A DNA stretch of 63,610 nt, filler included, from Ionaspis alba (taxonomy: Eukaryota), in assembly GCA_964255285.1 (NCBI GenBank). It is 15 parts of 15 records of this genome, joined end to end, with 100 filler letters (N's around TTAATTAATTAA, not from the genome) between each part and the next. Parts side by side here need not be neighbours in the genome. Positions count along the whole stretch, not along the records: positions 1 to 4,224 come from CAXUUL010001126.1; positions 4,325 to 8,544 come from CAXUUL010001127.1; positions 8,645 to 12,860 come from CAXUUL010001128.1; 12 more parts are not named here. The stretch is one strand, 5' to 3'. Positions 1-11,879 of the stretch are shown here, piece after piece. The notes beneath the pieces were generated by a model. The model ran no database searches. It had not been told where the DNA came from and worked only from the letters and a program-made list of their open reading frames with translations. The position numbers and the translations under genes are program-made. The stretch's first letter is position 1; each line of letters begins with the position of its first letter.

Positions 1-756
1 TTGTTTATTACTACGAGGAAGGTCTTTTCATCCCCTCCGGACTAAATTATTTCCGAGTCATTTCATGGGGCGTTCACGCCCGTTTTTCCTCCTCCACAAC
101 ACCCTCAAGATTGTCCATCATTGATAATAAATAGTATTGGATCTTATACCTCGGCATATTCATCAGTCTGAACATCAGCAGGTAACAGGATGGCTCTTCC
201 GTCCACATATTGCTCGTTGCTGGCGTTCTCAGATCAACCAACTTGATTCTTGTTCTACTGGCACAGAATACAAGATTGGGGGATACTGAGGTTGGTAGAA
301 GAGAGAATGCCAACTAAATACTAGCGGGGAGTCCACTAATACACTCAGCCCGTTATTTGGGACCTTCTTGAGAGTCCTAGCCTAGGTGGAAGTGACAGGC
401 GGATTGCTTCGCCCGGTCGGCATAATAGACGAGTACAATCCCTTGAATGCACATACTGCAAAGCCTCGATGGTAACAGTTAACCTTGCATCGTGTAGCTT
501 TCATGTTCAAGGCAGTGTAACATGCATATGCAAATGACCTACCATCCATATCTGTGGGTTTGTGCTGAGTTGTGTACGGTAATTGGCACCACTCTATGCT
601 CTTAAAGCGCGACCCGTATTGAATGACATTTTTCCAAACCATTCAATACAAGTTGTCAGATCTACATTCACCGATTCTTCCACTCCTTCAAGCTGGCTCA
701 CATCTAGGATTGTTCCCAAGTCAAGGTTCAATTTCTCTTCAGTCATCCCTTCAGTC

Positions 757-1538
757 ATGGCTTTCACTATCGACTTCTGCAAAGATGAGGATTTCCCTGC
801 AATGGTCCCCATGATGTTTGCATCCATGGCTGAGCAAAGCCAATTTGTCAACGCTGTTTACCCTCACAACATGACCAAGGAAGGTCAAGAGAAACATTGT
901 CAAACTCTGCTTTTTGTGAAGAGCATAGACCCTTCTCAGAGATGGCTCAAGGCAACTGACAACGCCACTGGCGATATTGTGGGCGTGGCTCAATGGAATG
1001 TCTACGATGGACCTAAGCCTCCAGAGATCGAGCTTGATGGTCCCGATGGCATTTGGGACACACAAGATGATAAGGAATGGGCACAAGCTCTGTTTCGAGC
1101 GTTCATGGAATATCGCCGCAAGGTCATCAGAGAGGCTACTGGACCTGTTATGTGTATGTAGAGGAGCTTGGAATAAGATCATGGAGCTGAGATCTAATTT
1201 CTCTCGCAGGCCTCACTATCATGACTGTCGCTCCTCATTACCAGTATCGCGGAGTCGGCACTGCTCTTACGAAATGGGGTACAGAGCTTGCGGACAAGAT
1301 GGGCGCAGAGGTATGCTCCGAACATACAAGAAGTAAACAGTCCAGATAGAATACGCAGGCTAATAGAAACCTCACTCTCTAGTGTGTGGTCGAGTCGTCG
1401 CTCGCCGGGCGGCTTCTGTATGAGCAGCAGGGCTTCATCATGAAGCATCATTATGCTCTGGCTGTACCTGAGAAGTTTGCTGATAGAAAGAAGGAGCGAC
1501 TGTTCTTCATGCACAGGCCAAGAAAGACTCAGACATAA
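757..1538 (+). CDS. GNAT-family N-acetyltransferase (3 exons: 757-1153, 1210-1310, 1383-1538)
   Basis: The spliced translation contains IVGVAQW, acetyl-CoA motif A (VAPHYQYRGVGTAL) and ESSLAGRLLYEQQGF. Donors are GTATGT/GTATGC, with CTAAT branch points and YAG acceptors. Confidence 0.9.
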
Positions 1539-2675
1539 GTGCGTATGTTATCGTGGTCCTGCCACTGGATCGTAACAGGCTCACAAGAATCGTGTAGGGC
1601 TTGTTCGCCCCCAACACCTTAGGTAGACCTAGTGAAGACCTTCGGGTTACTTGACAGAAATTACCTCAACTTTTAGATGTATCGCACAGATGTTTTCCGG
1701 TCCATTCAGATACGTGTAGTTGCAGATAAATCAGTAGTATTCCTCACTAATTTGGCTTGCCTGACTTGCCTGACTTGCCTGAATCGTACGTCTCTCGCTG
1801 ACGGTACACTGACTGTGATGGGGGCAGTTGGAGAAGGCAAAAAGGGCCGAGAGCGCCCCATGTAAGCCAACAAACGGCCACTCCCGAGCATGCCTGCAGG
1901 TATGCGCTATGCCATGCAGGAGTTCCAGAAATGCAACCTTCACGGTAGCTTCCAGCTACTTCCTTCCCAAAGTGTAGTTGTTAGACGACGACATGTATGC
2001 ATCTTCCACAGAACCAAACGACTATCAACGTACTTGATCCGCACCATTGTCGAGCTATCTATGGAGTTTTACGGACTTAGGCGATACTGCTGTTGCCGCT
2101 ATGCACATGCACATCATTCCCAGGATTGGTACCAGGATTGGTGGTTCTCGAACATTACGATGGACGCCGCAAAGCTGTTGAGATTATGTGTAGCGCAACT
2201 TTACTGCTGGATAGGTTGTCTGTCAATGCAATAGGCTCTCGTGTTGCCTTCGTATATCGCTATCCAGTGACACAGCACGGGAGCACGCCTCGAAATGTCG
2301 TCCAAACCATCGAGCCGTTGTTCGACATGGGTTTGTGTTGCGCATCTCTTTTTCATGCTTTCTCCATTCAAGGCCCTGTTTTATCATTGCGCTTGGTTTC
2401 TAGCGGTGAGCACAAATGTGAAAAGTGCCTGCCGTTATGGCGTACCGATTCATCAAATTCAAAATGCGTTGTATTGACATGTTGAATATGCAATTTGCTG
2501 TCTTTAACGTATGTGTTCTCCCTGAATTCCAAATTCCAGCAGCAAAAGGCACAATTATGTCTCCCTCATCTCAAATTTCGCTATCAAAAACAGGAGTCTA
2601 TGCCAAAATGTGCCAATGCCAGTCCTACACTCCAGCACCTCATGTATTGTCATCTCGTCGGGACTGGGTCGCATC

Positions 2676-2877
2676 CTAGAAACAGTCGGGCACGGGGCGA
2701 AGATGACCCGCTGCATCAGGCTTTGTACAAACTTCCCCTCCGGCTACACTTTATCAGTATCACGGTTGGGAAGTTGGCTTCGAGTATTCCTGTAGGCTTA
2801 CATGGGAGTATTGGAATACCTGACACATAAGCGCTTAGGAGCGCACAGGTGGATAGGATGACTGCGAGGAAACGCAT
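2676..2877 (-). CDS. Small secreted 47-aa peptide MRFLAVILSTCALLSAYVSG-IPILPSGGEVCTKPDAAGHLRPVPDCF (exons 2877-2802 and 2743-2676); candidate RiPP precursor
   Basis: The ATG has A at -3 (CACGATG) and starts a typical signal peptide. A 58-nt intron GTAAGC...TACTGAT...TAG joins the exons in frame to a TAG stop. A TATATAG lies about 130 bp upstream. Not in the ORF track because it is short and spliced. Confidence 0.7.
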
Positions 2878-3575
2878 CGTGAGGGGTACAACCGTTTTGG
2901 TAGAAGTATTGAATCGACGATCGTGATGCTTGTAAGGCTAAGGATCTGGGGAGCTGGAGCCTGGTGTCGATGCTGTTCGACGGAAGCATGGGAAATTGGA
3001 GGCCCTATATAGTGCTCTTGAATGCTAACGGCCATATCTATAGTTCATGTGTGACAGTTATTTCTCTACCATTACTTGGTAGCCTCTGTCCGGCACTGCG
3101 TGCATGCAGATGGTGGACGCACCGCAGGCTCTCCCGGTCGCTGCACCGTCAAGGTCGCAGCACAGGAACAGAAGCATACACGACCATCAAAGATGTACTC
3201 GTAGTACCTCAGAACCAATGCCGACCTTGCCGAGTCTTGGTGCTGACGCTTCGAGAATATGGGAAGTGGATACTATCCTGAATACCACCTTCTTCTCTGG
3301 CTCCCAAGGCCGAGCAAATGCTGGAGATCTCCGCAGTTATTGAACGGCTTACGTGAGTTGTGTTGCTGGCTCCCATTTCGAGTTTCATACAGCTCCTATG
3401 CCATTTGTACACGATACCGAACTCTGCATTACCTGCGGACATCCTCGATATACGGCTCGTGGTGAAGTACTGCTAGCATACTCTCGGCATATTTCCAACC
3501 TCCGCTCTGACTTCGTTCTTGAAAGGGGACTATCCCTTCATTGGAGCAGCACGAAGACTCAACACTCACGAAAAC

Positions 3576-4224
3576 ATGAATCATGACAAGCAACCTCTCC
3601 TCATAGATCAATCACATAGGGACGACGATGAAAATGGTCTATTCTACTATCCGATACTCTCCTCTCCAACTCCCATGAGAGATACAAAGATATCAGAGAA
3701 TTCACAGCCTTTGATACTCTCATGGCTGGTCGTTGTCGCAGTGGTTATCACAGCATTCTGCTCCGGCGTTGCCACAGCCATGGCGTTCAATAACTGGTCT
3801 GGCCATCAATCTACAACTCCACCTTACTGTATGCCAGTCTCTTGCTAAGTTCACTACGAGATCGTCTAACAGTTTGATAGCACCCGCAAATGCCATGATT
3901 GAATATGAAAGACACGCATCTCACCTCAAACCTAACAACAGCCATCACAGCCCTTTCACCGGTAAACCAACTCTCGAGCATGATGAGGCCTGGGCCCAGC
4001 TGACAGAACGTGAGGCCTCCTTTCCACATATAAGAAGATTGCAAGCTAACAAGTCTTTCCAGCGGTGATGATCAGTGCATCCGAAGAGGAATTGCTGCTC
4101 AGCCAAGCAAACCCCGACACAGCAGTCCAAGTCATTGCAGGAGGCTACCTGGCCGCACTCGGCGTCTTCCACGAATTACACTGTCTAGTGAGACCTCCAG
4201 CTCCACATTCATTAGGAGCAAAAG
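3576..4224 (+). CDS. UstYa-like / DUF3328 oxidase, 3'-truncated at the contig end
   Basis: An N-terminal TM helix is followed by spliced YSPANAMIEY, FTGKPTLEHDEAWAQL and GGYLAALGVFHELHCL (first HxxHC motif), then a GTGAG donor at 4188. Confidence 0.92.
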
Positions 4225-4324
4225 NNNNNNNNNNNNNNNNNNNNNNNNNNNNNNNNNNNNNNNNNNNNTTAATTAATTAANNNNNNNNNNNNNNNNNNNN
4301 NNNNNNNNNNNNNNNNNNNNNNNN
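4225..4324. other. Artificial contig spacer N44-TTAATTAATTAA-N44. It recurs at 8545, 12861, 17167, 21465, 25735, 29989, 34236, 38471, 42688, 46886, 51073, 55259 and 59438.
   Basis: Identical 100-bp block with stop codons in all six frames. The intervening segments shrink monotonically from 4224 to 4073 bp. Confidence 0.99.
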
Positions 4325-5032
4325 TCCGAGTCCCTATGAAGAAGAGATAGTAGTACTTCTCCCCTTTCAAACACTTTGCTTTAGCTGCCTCACAGATAGG
4401 ACCGAATTCACCCAGCATTCGCTATTGGTAAGTCTCGCAATCAGCTGCTAGATGTACTAGATGTGCAGGAGACTCCGAACAGCACGTAAGAGAGACATCA
4501 CCAGCGAAGTAGAGGTATCAGCTCATTTCCAACATATCTCTCTTCAAGGCAAGTAGAATGTAAGACGCGTTTTGTTTCTGGAAGCAGAAGAACTTATTGA
4601 CTAGCTACATGCAGCAACATGAGCGGGGAGAAGAGTCTCTGACATACCCAACAACCCGTCAGTCCCACATTCCACGACACTCTTATAATCCCTGCCGGTA
4701 GCATAGTCATCCAATTGTCTACCTTCTTCCCCGGTAAAATCCAAACTGCGCATGACGCCCAATCATCCGCCTCATCAAAGACAGCATCATTGAGAGCCGC
4801 GGCCGTGAGCAGCGCATCGAAAAAATATGGAAGATAAGCATTTTTCTTCTCAATGCTCAATACACCTAGCGTGTACGTGATCACAGGATCGGTATCGAAG
4901 ACGGTATGGAGAAGAGCCGTGGCTTGGGCAACACGCTCTAGTCATGGTTGAGCACGAGTTGGACGATACCGGACGATGGAGCAGGATCGGTGATCTACCT
5001 TTGCCGCCAGTAGTGATCTGATGATCGGACAT
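4325..5032 (-). CDS. GNAT-family acetyltransferase (puromycin N-acetyltransferase-like), 3'-truncated
   Basis: Spliced translation: ...VFDTDPVITY...SCAVWILPGKKVDN...GCW|RMLGEFGPICEAAKAKCLKGEKYYYLFFIGTR. It breaks off just before the expected motif A. Confidence 0.75.
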
Positions 5033-6507
5033 TTGAATGGACTGCACCATGGTACTGTGAAAATCACTCGTGTACTATGAGGTCTTAATCCATGTCGACT
5101 TGAGCAGTTCATGTCCGACATAACGTGCGCTTCTTCATGCCGCTGTTGCCTGGTGAACCTTTGCCCTGTGCCTCAATTGTTGGCTTGCCGCTAGGGCCTA
5201 AGATGCACGTTCCGCTTGGCGCTCTCTGCGCCTCATCTATCTGTTGCGCATCTTCTGCCTCTCTCTGCGAAAATCGGGTCATACTGTACCTAAATTCTCG
5301 AGAGGTGTGTCAGCTCCGGGTATGGATAGCCAATCTTAGATTCGCTGTCATTGTGAGGACCTCTCAAGTGCGCAAGAGCTACAGGGAATGTGCATAGGTT
5401 GAACGAGCTAGGAGATATGCATGGCTTCCCAAAGACCATGCGACTGTATTCCAACTGTTAGTACATGGAAGAGCAATCTCTTATTTGTCTTAACGAAGGT
5501 CTTGCAACCACTTCCATTTTCTCATTGCATTTCTCCTTTACTGAACCTATCGTTTTTGCCCACCGCGCCGCTGAATTGCATCCGCGATGTGTTGGCTCAG
5601 GACACCACCATTTCGCTTTTCAACCCCCTCAGAGCTTCTGACGTACCTCTCTCATGATTTTCCGACTCAATGTCTTTCTCGAAGATGCCAGCTGGACGTT
5701 CTGTTCATCCATAGCTTAGTCTATAACAGGAGTTTGACAGCTATGTGTTGCTTTCCTCAACTGAACAGCCTCTTCGTGGAGATGGATCACATCGTCCTGG
5801 AGTATCACGATAGCCTGCGAGGATTCGAATATTACGGAGTGTACTGAGCAACGAGGCAACGAGGCAACCTGCCAGAGCATTGCCGTTGGAGACAGGAATC
5901 TCCATTGGTCCTTGTAAGATATCTTTGACTCACCGCTTCTGCACCATAGCATTGCCAACGAACATTTCATCTGCACTGTTCACGCTGTACACGTCCCTTG
6001 ACGTCTGGTTGTGCTTGTGTTACACCGCTCTTCAAGCCAGGGTATCGCGTTATAGTCTGGACACGGAATCAGGTGACTCAACCCCTATTCATTGATATAC
6101 CAAGAGGGGCTTGAAGACACAAATATTGTTTGGTGGGTCGGAGAAGACTTTCAATAGGTTGTCTGATGAAGCATCCCTGACTCGGTATTTTCCTGCTGCA
6201 TCAGACTCGAGGATAAAATGCGATGCCTCGTTTGCAGGATTTTGCCTTATTCATGGAGGCTCGGTCGTGGAGGGAAAAACGTCGAGACTTCCAGCGATAT
6301 AAAGGACATACTGTTGTCCTGACGGTTACTACTTTCATACATGGTCAATCTATCCGATTCCAAAATCGGCAATGTTGTATTTTCTACAAGCATTCTTTTT
6401 GCCCATCTGAAAAAGTTTTCTGCCGTATACTACGTGCAAGTCTCATCATAAAGATCTTTACGTTTGAAGACTGTTATTCTGTCAATACCGCTTAACGATA
6501 GCCCATC

Positions 6508-7065
6508 ATGAGCAGTCAGTTCCTCTTTCTTCCTAGTTTGTCCCAAACTTATCTTCGCCCTTGAAGCGTCAGCCTACCGAAGTTGCTAACCCGAACAGAT
6601 AACACTCCCACCACACCTCCCAATCCCCCAAATAGAGCTGAACCCAGCTATGGAGCTCCCGCCAAAGTATGGTACCCGAAGCCCGACGAAGCCCCATCGA
6701 CCATTGAGACTCCAACACCAGCGGGGCCGACCAGAGCTGCCAGATCACATCCTACCTATATCATCCGCTTTGGAGACCCTAAGGACGAATTTAGCAGCAA
6801 CGAAAACCAAAGTCCAATTCAAGACGTCGAACTCAACGAACCCATTGATCAGAAGCTCAAAACACCAAATCATGTTGGTAGTGGTGGGGGAGGTAGTAGT
6901 GGTTGTGGCAACCCTTCGTCCAAGAACAAAGATCTGTGTAACAAGGAGGGCTCTGTTCAAGACACCAAGCGTGAAAAGACGGCGGAGCTGGTGACTCGCG
7001 GACGACAGCGTGGACAAGATATAGAACGTACTCAAAGTGCTCAACATGCTCAATGGGACAACTGA
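6508..7065 (+). CDS. Hypothetical Pro/Gly-rich, probably disordered protein with a 7-nt first coding exon
   Basis: ATGAGCA|GTCAGT...GCTAAC...CAG splices in frame into the 6583-7065 ORF. No recognisable domain. Confidence 0.5.
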
Positions 7066-7737
7066 TCCCTCTGTCGGCTACGTGAGGTGCGGGATTGGCT
7101 GCTGAAATCGCTCACGACTACTACTGCCTAGAGATCTGGGACGCTGCTACAGCCATGAGATCAAGTGTTCTCCAAGCAAGCTGATCTAATCCTGCTCCAA
7201 GACTGCTATTTCATTTCCATGTTTACGCCATTACACAAAAGTTTATTCCTCTCTGTCCTTTACATACGCTAAGAGCTATGCTTCGATGCTTTCGGGGGGG
7301 TTTTTTTTGGAAGATCACCCCTCAATACGTTTTTAGCTATATAGATAGTTTTCTAAACTATGCATTGAGTTTCTTGACACTGGGCCAACCATTCATCGTG
7401 ACCTTCTCGTCTTAACACATTACCAATCTCATTACCTGATTGCCTCTTTCTACCGTTGGTATCAAAGCGCAAGTTTCGACTCACAGTATTGCCACCCTCC
7501 TAACCCACAGCCATTGACGCATTTCTTGCGGTTCTAAACCGCGATACTGGGAACTTGACCCGGATACTCCCTTTCGCACCTCCTTCTGTCTCAAACTACC
7601 CGCATGCCAACAATGCGATTCTGATTCTTGACGCCTTAGTGGGAACCATCCTCTTTCCAGTGTCAAACTGAGATAATCCATCTTTCTCCCTCCACAAACA
7701 TAGTTGTCCCCAACCCTGCTTTGTGGTTCCAGCACCC

Positions 7738-8370
7738 TCAGGACCTCAAAACAGATCTGACGATCCGAGCCAGACTTCCAAACCCTGCTTGAAGACCCAT
7801 ATACCACAGAATAACTGCGGCAACCACAACGACCACACTCCACAGCCCCTCCTCCCACTGCTGAACATCGCGTATCTCCCTCCACAAAACATATTTCCAC
7901 CCCCCACCGACGCAAGTCTCCCCTGTGACAACTTCACAGCCTCCTTCTGTTGGGGCACACTCCCTGTGTCGTCGCCTGCGTACTAAGATTCTCTTCACCT
8001 CCCGGCTGCCACAGAATTCGCGATCCGTTTTAAAAATCGTCTTATGGCTTTGCGGGCACGGTAGGCCACGGTCTTTGCGATCCAGTAGCCATGACACTTT
8101 TATCAGGATGTTGCGGTCTGTGGCGAGCAAGGGCGTGTGATAGAAGTAGGGGTGTGTGTGCCGCAGGGACAATAGATCTGGGTAGGGCAGATGGGCGCGG
8201 AGGTGGGTGAGTAGCTCGGGAGGAAGACGTAAGAGAGGAGAAGAGATATTGGTGTCTGGGGTGAACAATGTGATTGCAGAGGAAGATGAGGAAAGGGTGC
8301 CCGGGGTGTCAGTCCCAGAATACGAGGAGTGTTCGGAGGTGATGGAAGGATGTGATGAAGGAACAATCAT
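7738..8370 (-). CDS. F-box domain protein with a C-terminal hydrophobic segment
   Basis: F-box motif LLRLPPELLTHLRAHLPYPDLLSLRHTHPYFY and TM-like WSVVVVVAAVILWYMGL. The start may be at 8370 or further upstream in the 8499 ORF. Confidence 0.75.
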   Translation of the reverse strand: MIVPSSHPSITSEHSSYSGTDTPGTLSSSSSAITLFTPDTNISSPLLRLPPELLTHLRAHLPYPDLLSLRHTHPYFYHTPLLATDRNILIKVSWLLDRKDRGLPCPQSHKTIFKTDREFCGSREVKRILVRRRRHRECAPTEGGCEVVTGETCVGGGWKYVLWREIRDVQQWEEGLWSVVVVVAAVILWYMGLQAGFGSLARIVRSVLRS

Positions 8371-8671
8371 GATTGACGTGTTTTGAGTACTGAAACACTT
8401 GATACGATGTGTCTTTGAGGAGGAGAATGCTCTTAGTGGGCAAAGACGGGACGCATTTGAAATGTACTTTGTTGCTGCCTGTCGCGAGTAAGATGCCACG
8501 TTACGAGATAGCTAGTCAATCACTGCAGGATGATTATGAGATAANNNNNNNNNNNNNNNNNNNNNNNNNNNNNNNNNNNNNNNNNNNNTTAATTAATTAA
8601 NNNNNNNNNNNNNNNNNNNNNNNNNNNNNNNNNNNNNNNNNNNNGCTTTTTAGCTTCATCAAGTGCCATCC

Positions 8672-10162
8672 CTAGTAGGTCCTTGCAAGATTCCTCAAAT
8701 ACCAATCGACCAACCTCCGTCCCACCTTCGCCTCACTCACGTGGATAAGATCACCAACCATGGCGTAGTCCAGCTCATTTCCGTTCACAACATCACCATC
8801 TAGTAAGCCACCCTCGCTCCATCTCACTTGCCTGCTCCTCTGCTTGTTCACCAACAGCCACCCTCTTAGCTTCTCCGGCTCAACTTCCAAGAAGCCGGCC
8901 AGCTTCTTGATATCCATGGTAGTGTAGAGTTTGAGATATGATTTGACGGTAGGTGAGAACATATTGGTCTTGACCTCAGACATGAAGATACCGAGGTGGT
9001 GCTCAACGGGGTCGATGTTAATGGATGGGTTGTCAAAGTCAGGTGGTGTGGGAGAGATGAACTTAGGGCAGGCACTGCGAAACAGTTCCTCAAAGATTGG
9101 TAGCGATTCCGGACCTCCTCGTTGCAGTTTGGTAAGTTGATCTCCGTACTTTTCTCTCAAGGCAGTGTGGATAGTGTCGTCGAGTTTGGTAGGATGGAAA
9201 GCGACGCAGACCGCTATCAGTGCGTGCATCTGGTCGTTCTTTTTCGTCACACTGTCGAATTGCGAGTTTTTCTGGAAGTTCTTCGTTCGAGAGACATAAA
9301 CCAGAATGTGGGAGAACATGCGAATGGCATCGGCATATCGGCGCATCATCATGTAGCTGAAGCCGACATAGTAGTATGTGGTGAAATGTGCAGCCATGAC
9401 CCGTGCGAACATAGCTTTCTTGTTCAGCTCGATATCGTCGAGCGTCTTTAGTGCCAGAGTAAAGTCTCCGAGGAGACAATGTACGCGAAGAAGACCAATG
9501 ATGGAGAAGTAGCCTAGCATGCGATAAAGACCTCTAGAGCCATATTCACCAGCCACGGTCATTGGCTCTTCGTTCCGTTTCATTGCTGCCAGTTGTTCGG
9601 TGATTTGGGACTTCTGTATGAGAGAGTAGAGGACGTTGAGTACGGAATAGCAGCCCCAAGTATTAGGATTATCTCGGAGTATTTGGGCATCTTCCTCGTT
9701 CGAATTCGTTCGAGCTACGCGATTGCGGTATCTGCAGAAGGATTCGAATTGGTAGATAAACTCGTCGATGACATCCCAAGCCCAGAAATACTGTCATATT
9801 TATTAGTGACTGCATAATAATAAGGGCGTTGCAAGCCTACTCACGGAGGGTGCTTCTGCATCCACTGGACCTTCGGAATTCAAAATGTAATGGAACAAGC
9901 TGCAGTAGTTGTCGTAGCTTGCGAGCTTTGTCTCAAGGGTTGCCCCGTATTCCAAAGGCGTCGCAGCAGCTAATAGCTGGCTCTGCATATCCTGCATTTG
10001 CCCTCCTATTGAGGTCACCCGGTCCAAGTCGCTCATTCCATCGTCAAATTGAACCTGCTCTCTGTAGTCGTTGACCATAGCCTCCTCCTCTTGATCTGAG
10101 GCATTATCCAGAACTTGCTGAGTGTCAGCCGTCTGGTACGGCGAGCGCTGATAAAGAGCCAT
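8672..10162 (-). CDS. EIF3L: Eukaryotic translation initiation factor 3 subunit L (intron 9844-9791)
   Basis: Signatures YFWAWDVIDEFIYQF, LYRMLGYFSIIGLLRVHCLLGDF, YYVGFSYMMMRRYADAIR, ACPKFISP and SYLKLYTTM. Confidence 0.96.
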
Positions 10163-10358
10163 GTTGGCGGTCTTGTCCGATTATTCTGCTGTCGACTACT
10201 TGAGGAGCAAAATAATGGAGTGGCTTTCGCTTCGGCAAATGCTTCAGCCCTAGGTCTTATCTTAGCGTCATCCGTGCTTTATCGGCAATCGGGATGTGGG
10301 GCAGTCTTCTCAAGAGCAGTCCCATATTTTGGGCATCAACGCGACTGTATTGCTCAAA

Positions 10359-11457
10359 ATGGCACCAATGTACCGCGTAGCTGTCATACAGCTCTATCCT
10401 AAGGTTAGAAGACATGCGGCTGTAATCTGTCCCTCCATCTGATTCATGTGCAGCCTATGCAAATCGAAGCAAACTACGCAAGGGCAGCCGAATACATTTC
10501 TGAAGCCGCCTCGAAAGGCGCGCAGCTTGCCGTCCTCCCAGAATATCACCTCACCAACTGGGTTCCAGATGATCCCAAGTTCGTGGATCTTTGCGGCCAA
10601 TGGAAAGTCTACTTGGATAAATACCGAGCCCTAGCCAGAAAGCACAACATCTGCATCGTGCCAGGAACCATTGTCGAGCGCCATCAAGACGCCGAGAGCG
10701 AGGATGACAAGCTCATCAATGTGGCATACTTCATAGGCAATGACGGAGAGATCCTTGGCAGCTATCAGAAGAAGAACCTTTGGTACTCTCGCATATTTCA
10801 TTGCCCGCCCGATATGCATTTGTGAGTTTTGCGATGCTGAGACTAGACTTGCTCCAAGTAAAGGCATCCTGAGCGGCCCCACCTGACTTCAAGCACACAC
10901 CAACCTCACGATGTCATACAAACACCCTTGGGCCCAATTGGTCTCCTGATCTGCTGGGACTTGGCTTTCCCCGAAGCCTTTCGAGAGCTGATTGCTCAAG
11001 GCGCCAAGATCATAATTGTCCCTACCTTTTGTAAGCCCTGGTTGTTATCTGTTTGATCTCCATAGCAGTCTTATTTAATCCTTCAGGGACTTTATCCGAT
11101 TGCTCGCCATACGGTCTTTCCCTCAATCCTCGAGCAGAAGCCCTCTTCCTGACCTCGACCCTGACATCTCGAACGTTCGAGAATACCTGTGCAGTGATCT
11201 TTGCCAACGCCGGTGGACCGCGTGACTCTAGCAAGCCTAACTCCTATGCTGGCCTGTCTCGGGTTACACTTCCGTTTATTGAGCCCTTGGGCGATGAAAC
11301 GAAGGACAGCGGCGTGGAGGGGATGAGTATTGTGGACATGGACATGCAAATTCTCGAAGAGGCGGAGAAAAACTACAAGGTGCGAGAAGACATGGCTCGG
11401 GAAGATTGGCATTACATATATAGGCACACTTCTGGAATCGAGAAGGGGAGACTTTAG
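10359..11457 (+). CDS. Carbon-nitrogen hydrolase (nitrilase superfamily), 4 exons
   Basis: Glu-Lys-Cys triad motifs AVLPEY, YQKKNLW and GLLICWDLAFPEAFR. Introns are canonical. Confidence 0.93.
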
Positions 11458-11879
11458 TGCTCGATCACAAGAGATGAACATTTACCAATATGCCACCACA
11501 ATAGAAACGTTTCTGTTGTCAAAGAGATACTGCTACCAGAGAGACACTTCCCAAGCACCAGCTACAAATCACTAAAAGCAATGCAAGCCATAGAAAAGCT
11601 ATGTCCAAGCCATGTGGGGTATCTGTACATACGCACAAGCTGAAGAGGCATCCGGTACACAGTACGCTCAAAAGTAGTCTGGACGCCAAGACAATCGCTA
11701 ATGCCAAAAAGGCACGCTGACAAAGAAAGTATGAAGTATGTAAAGAGACATCTTACCGCGTGTCTGTCGTAATTCGTGATTTGCATCGCTCACTGAACAT
11801 TGGAGTAGGAGGCTGTTAGAGAAGGAAAATCCAGAAACCGTGCATGCGAGCGAAAAGCCAAACGAAACTAGCGCAATCC

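Noticed and set aside
74..642. Short minus-strand ORFs at the window start
   Set aside because: No recognisable motif or convincing gene structure. Probably upstream sequence of the GNAT gene.
1756..2132. Short tandem repeats (CTTGCCTGA x3 near 1756; CCAGGATTGGT x2 near 2120)
   Set aside because: Tiny intergenic duplications with no spacer structure and no signal-peptide ORF. They are neither CRISPR nor a Kex2-repeat precursor.
4269..4280. Regularly spaced TTAATTAATTAA repeats (about every 4.2 kb) as a biological repeat or array
   Set aside because: Always flanked by N44 on both sides. It is an artificial six-frame-stop linker, and ORFs ending in XXXLIN are artefacts.
3576..5032. Second GNAT apparently flanking the UstYa gene and extending the cluster
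   Set aside because: It lies across a contig spacer, so the adjacency is artificial.
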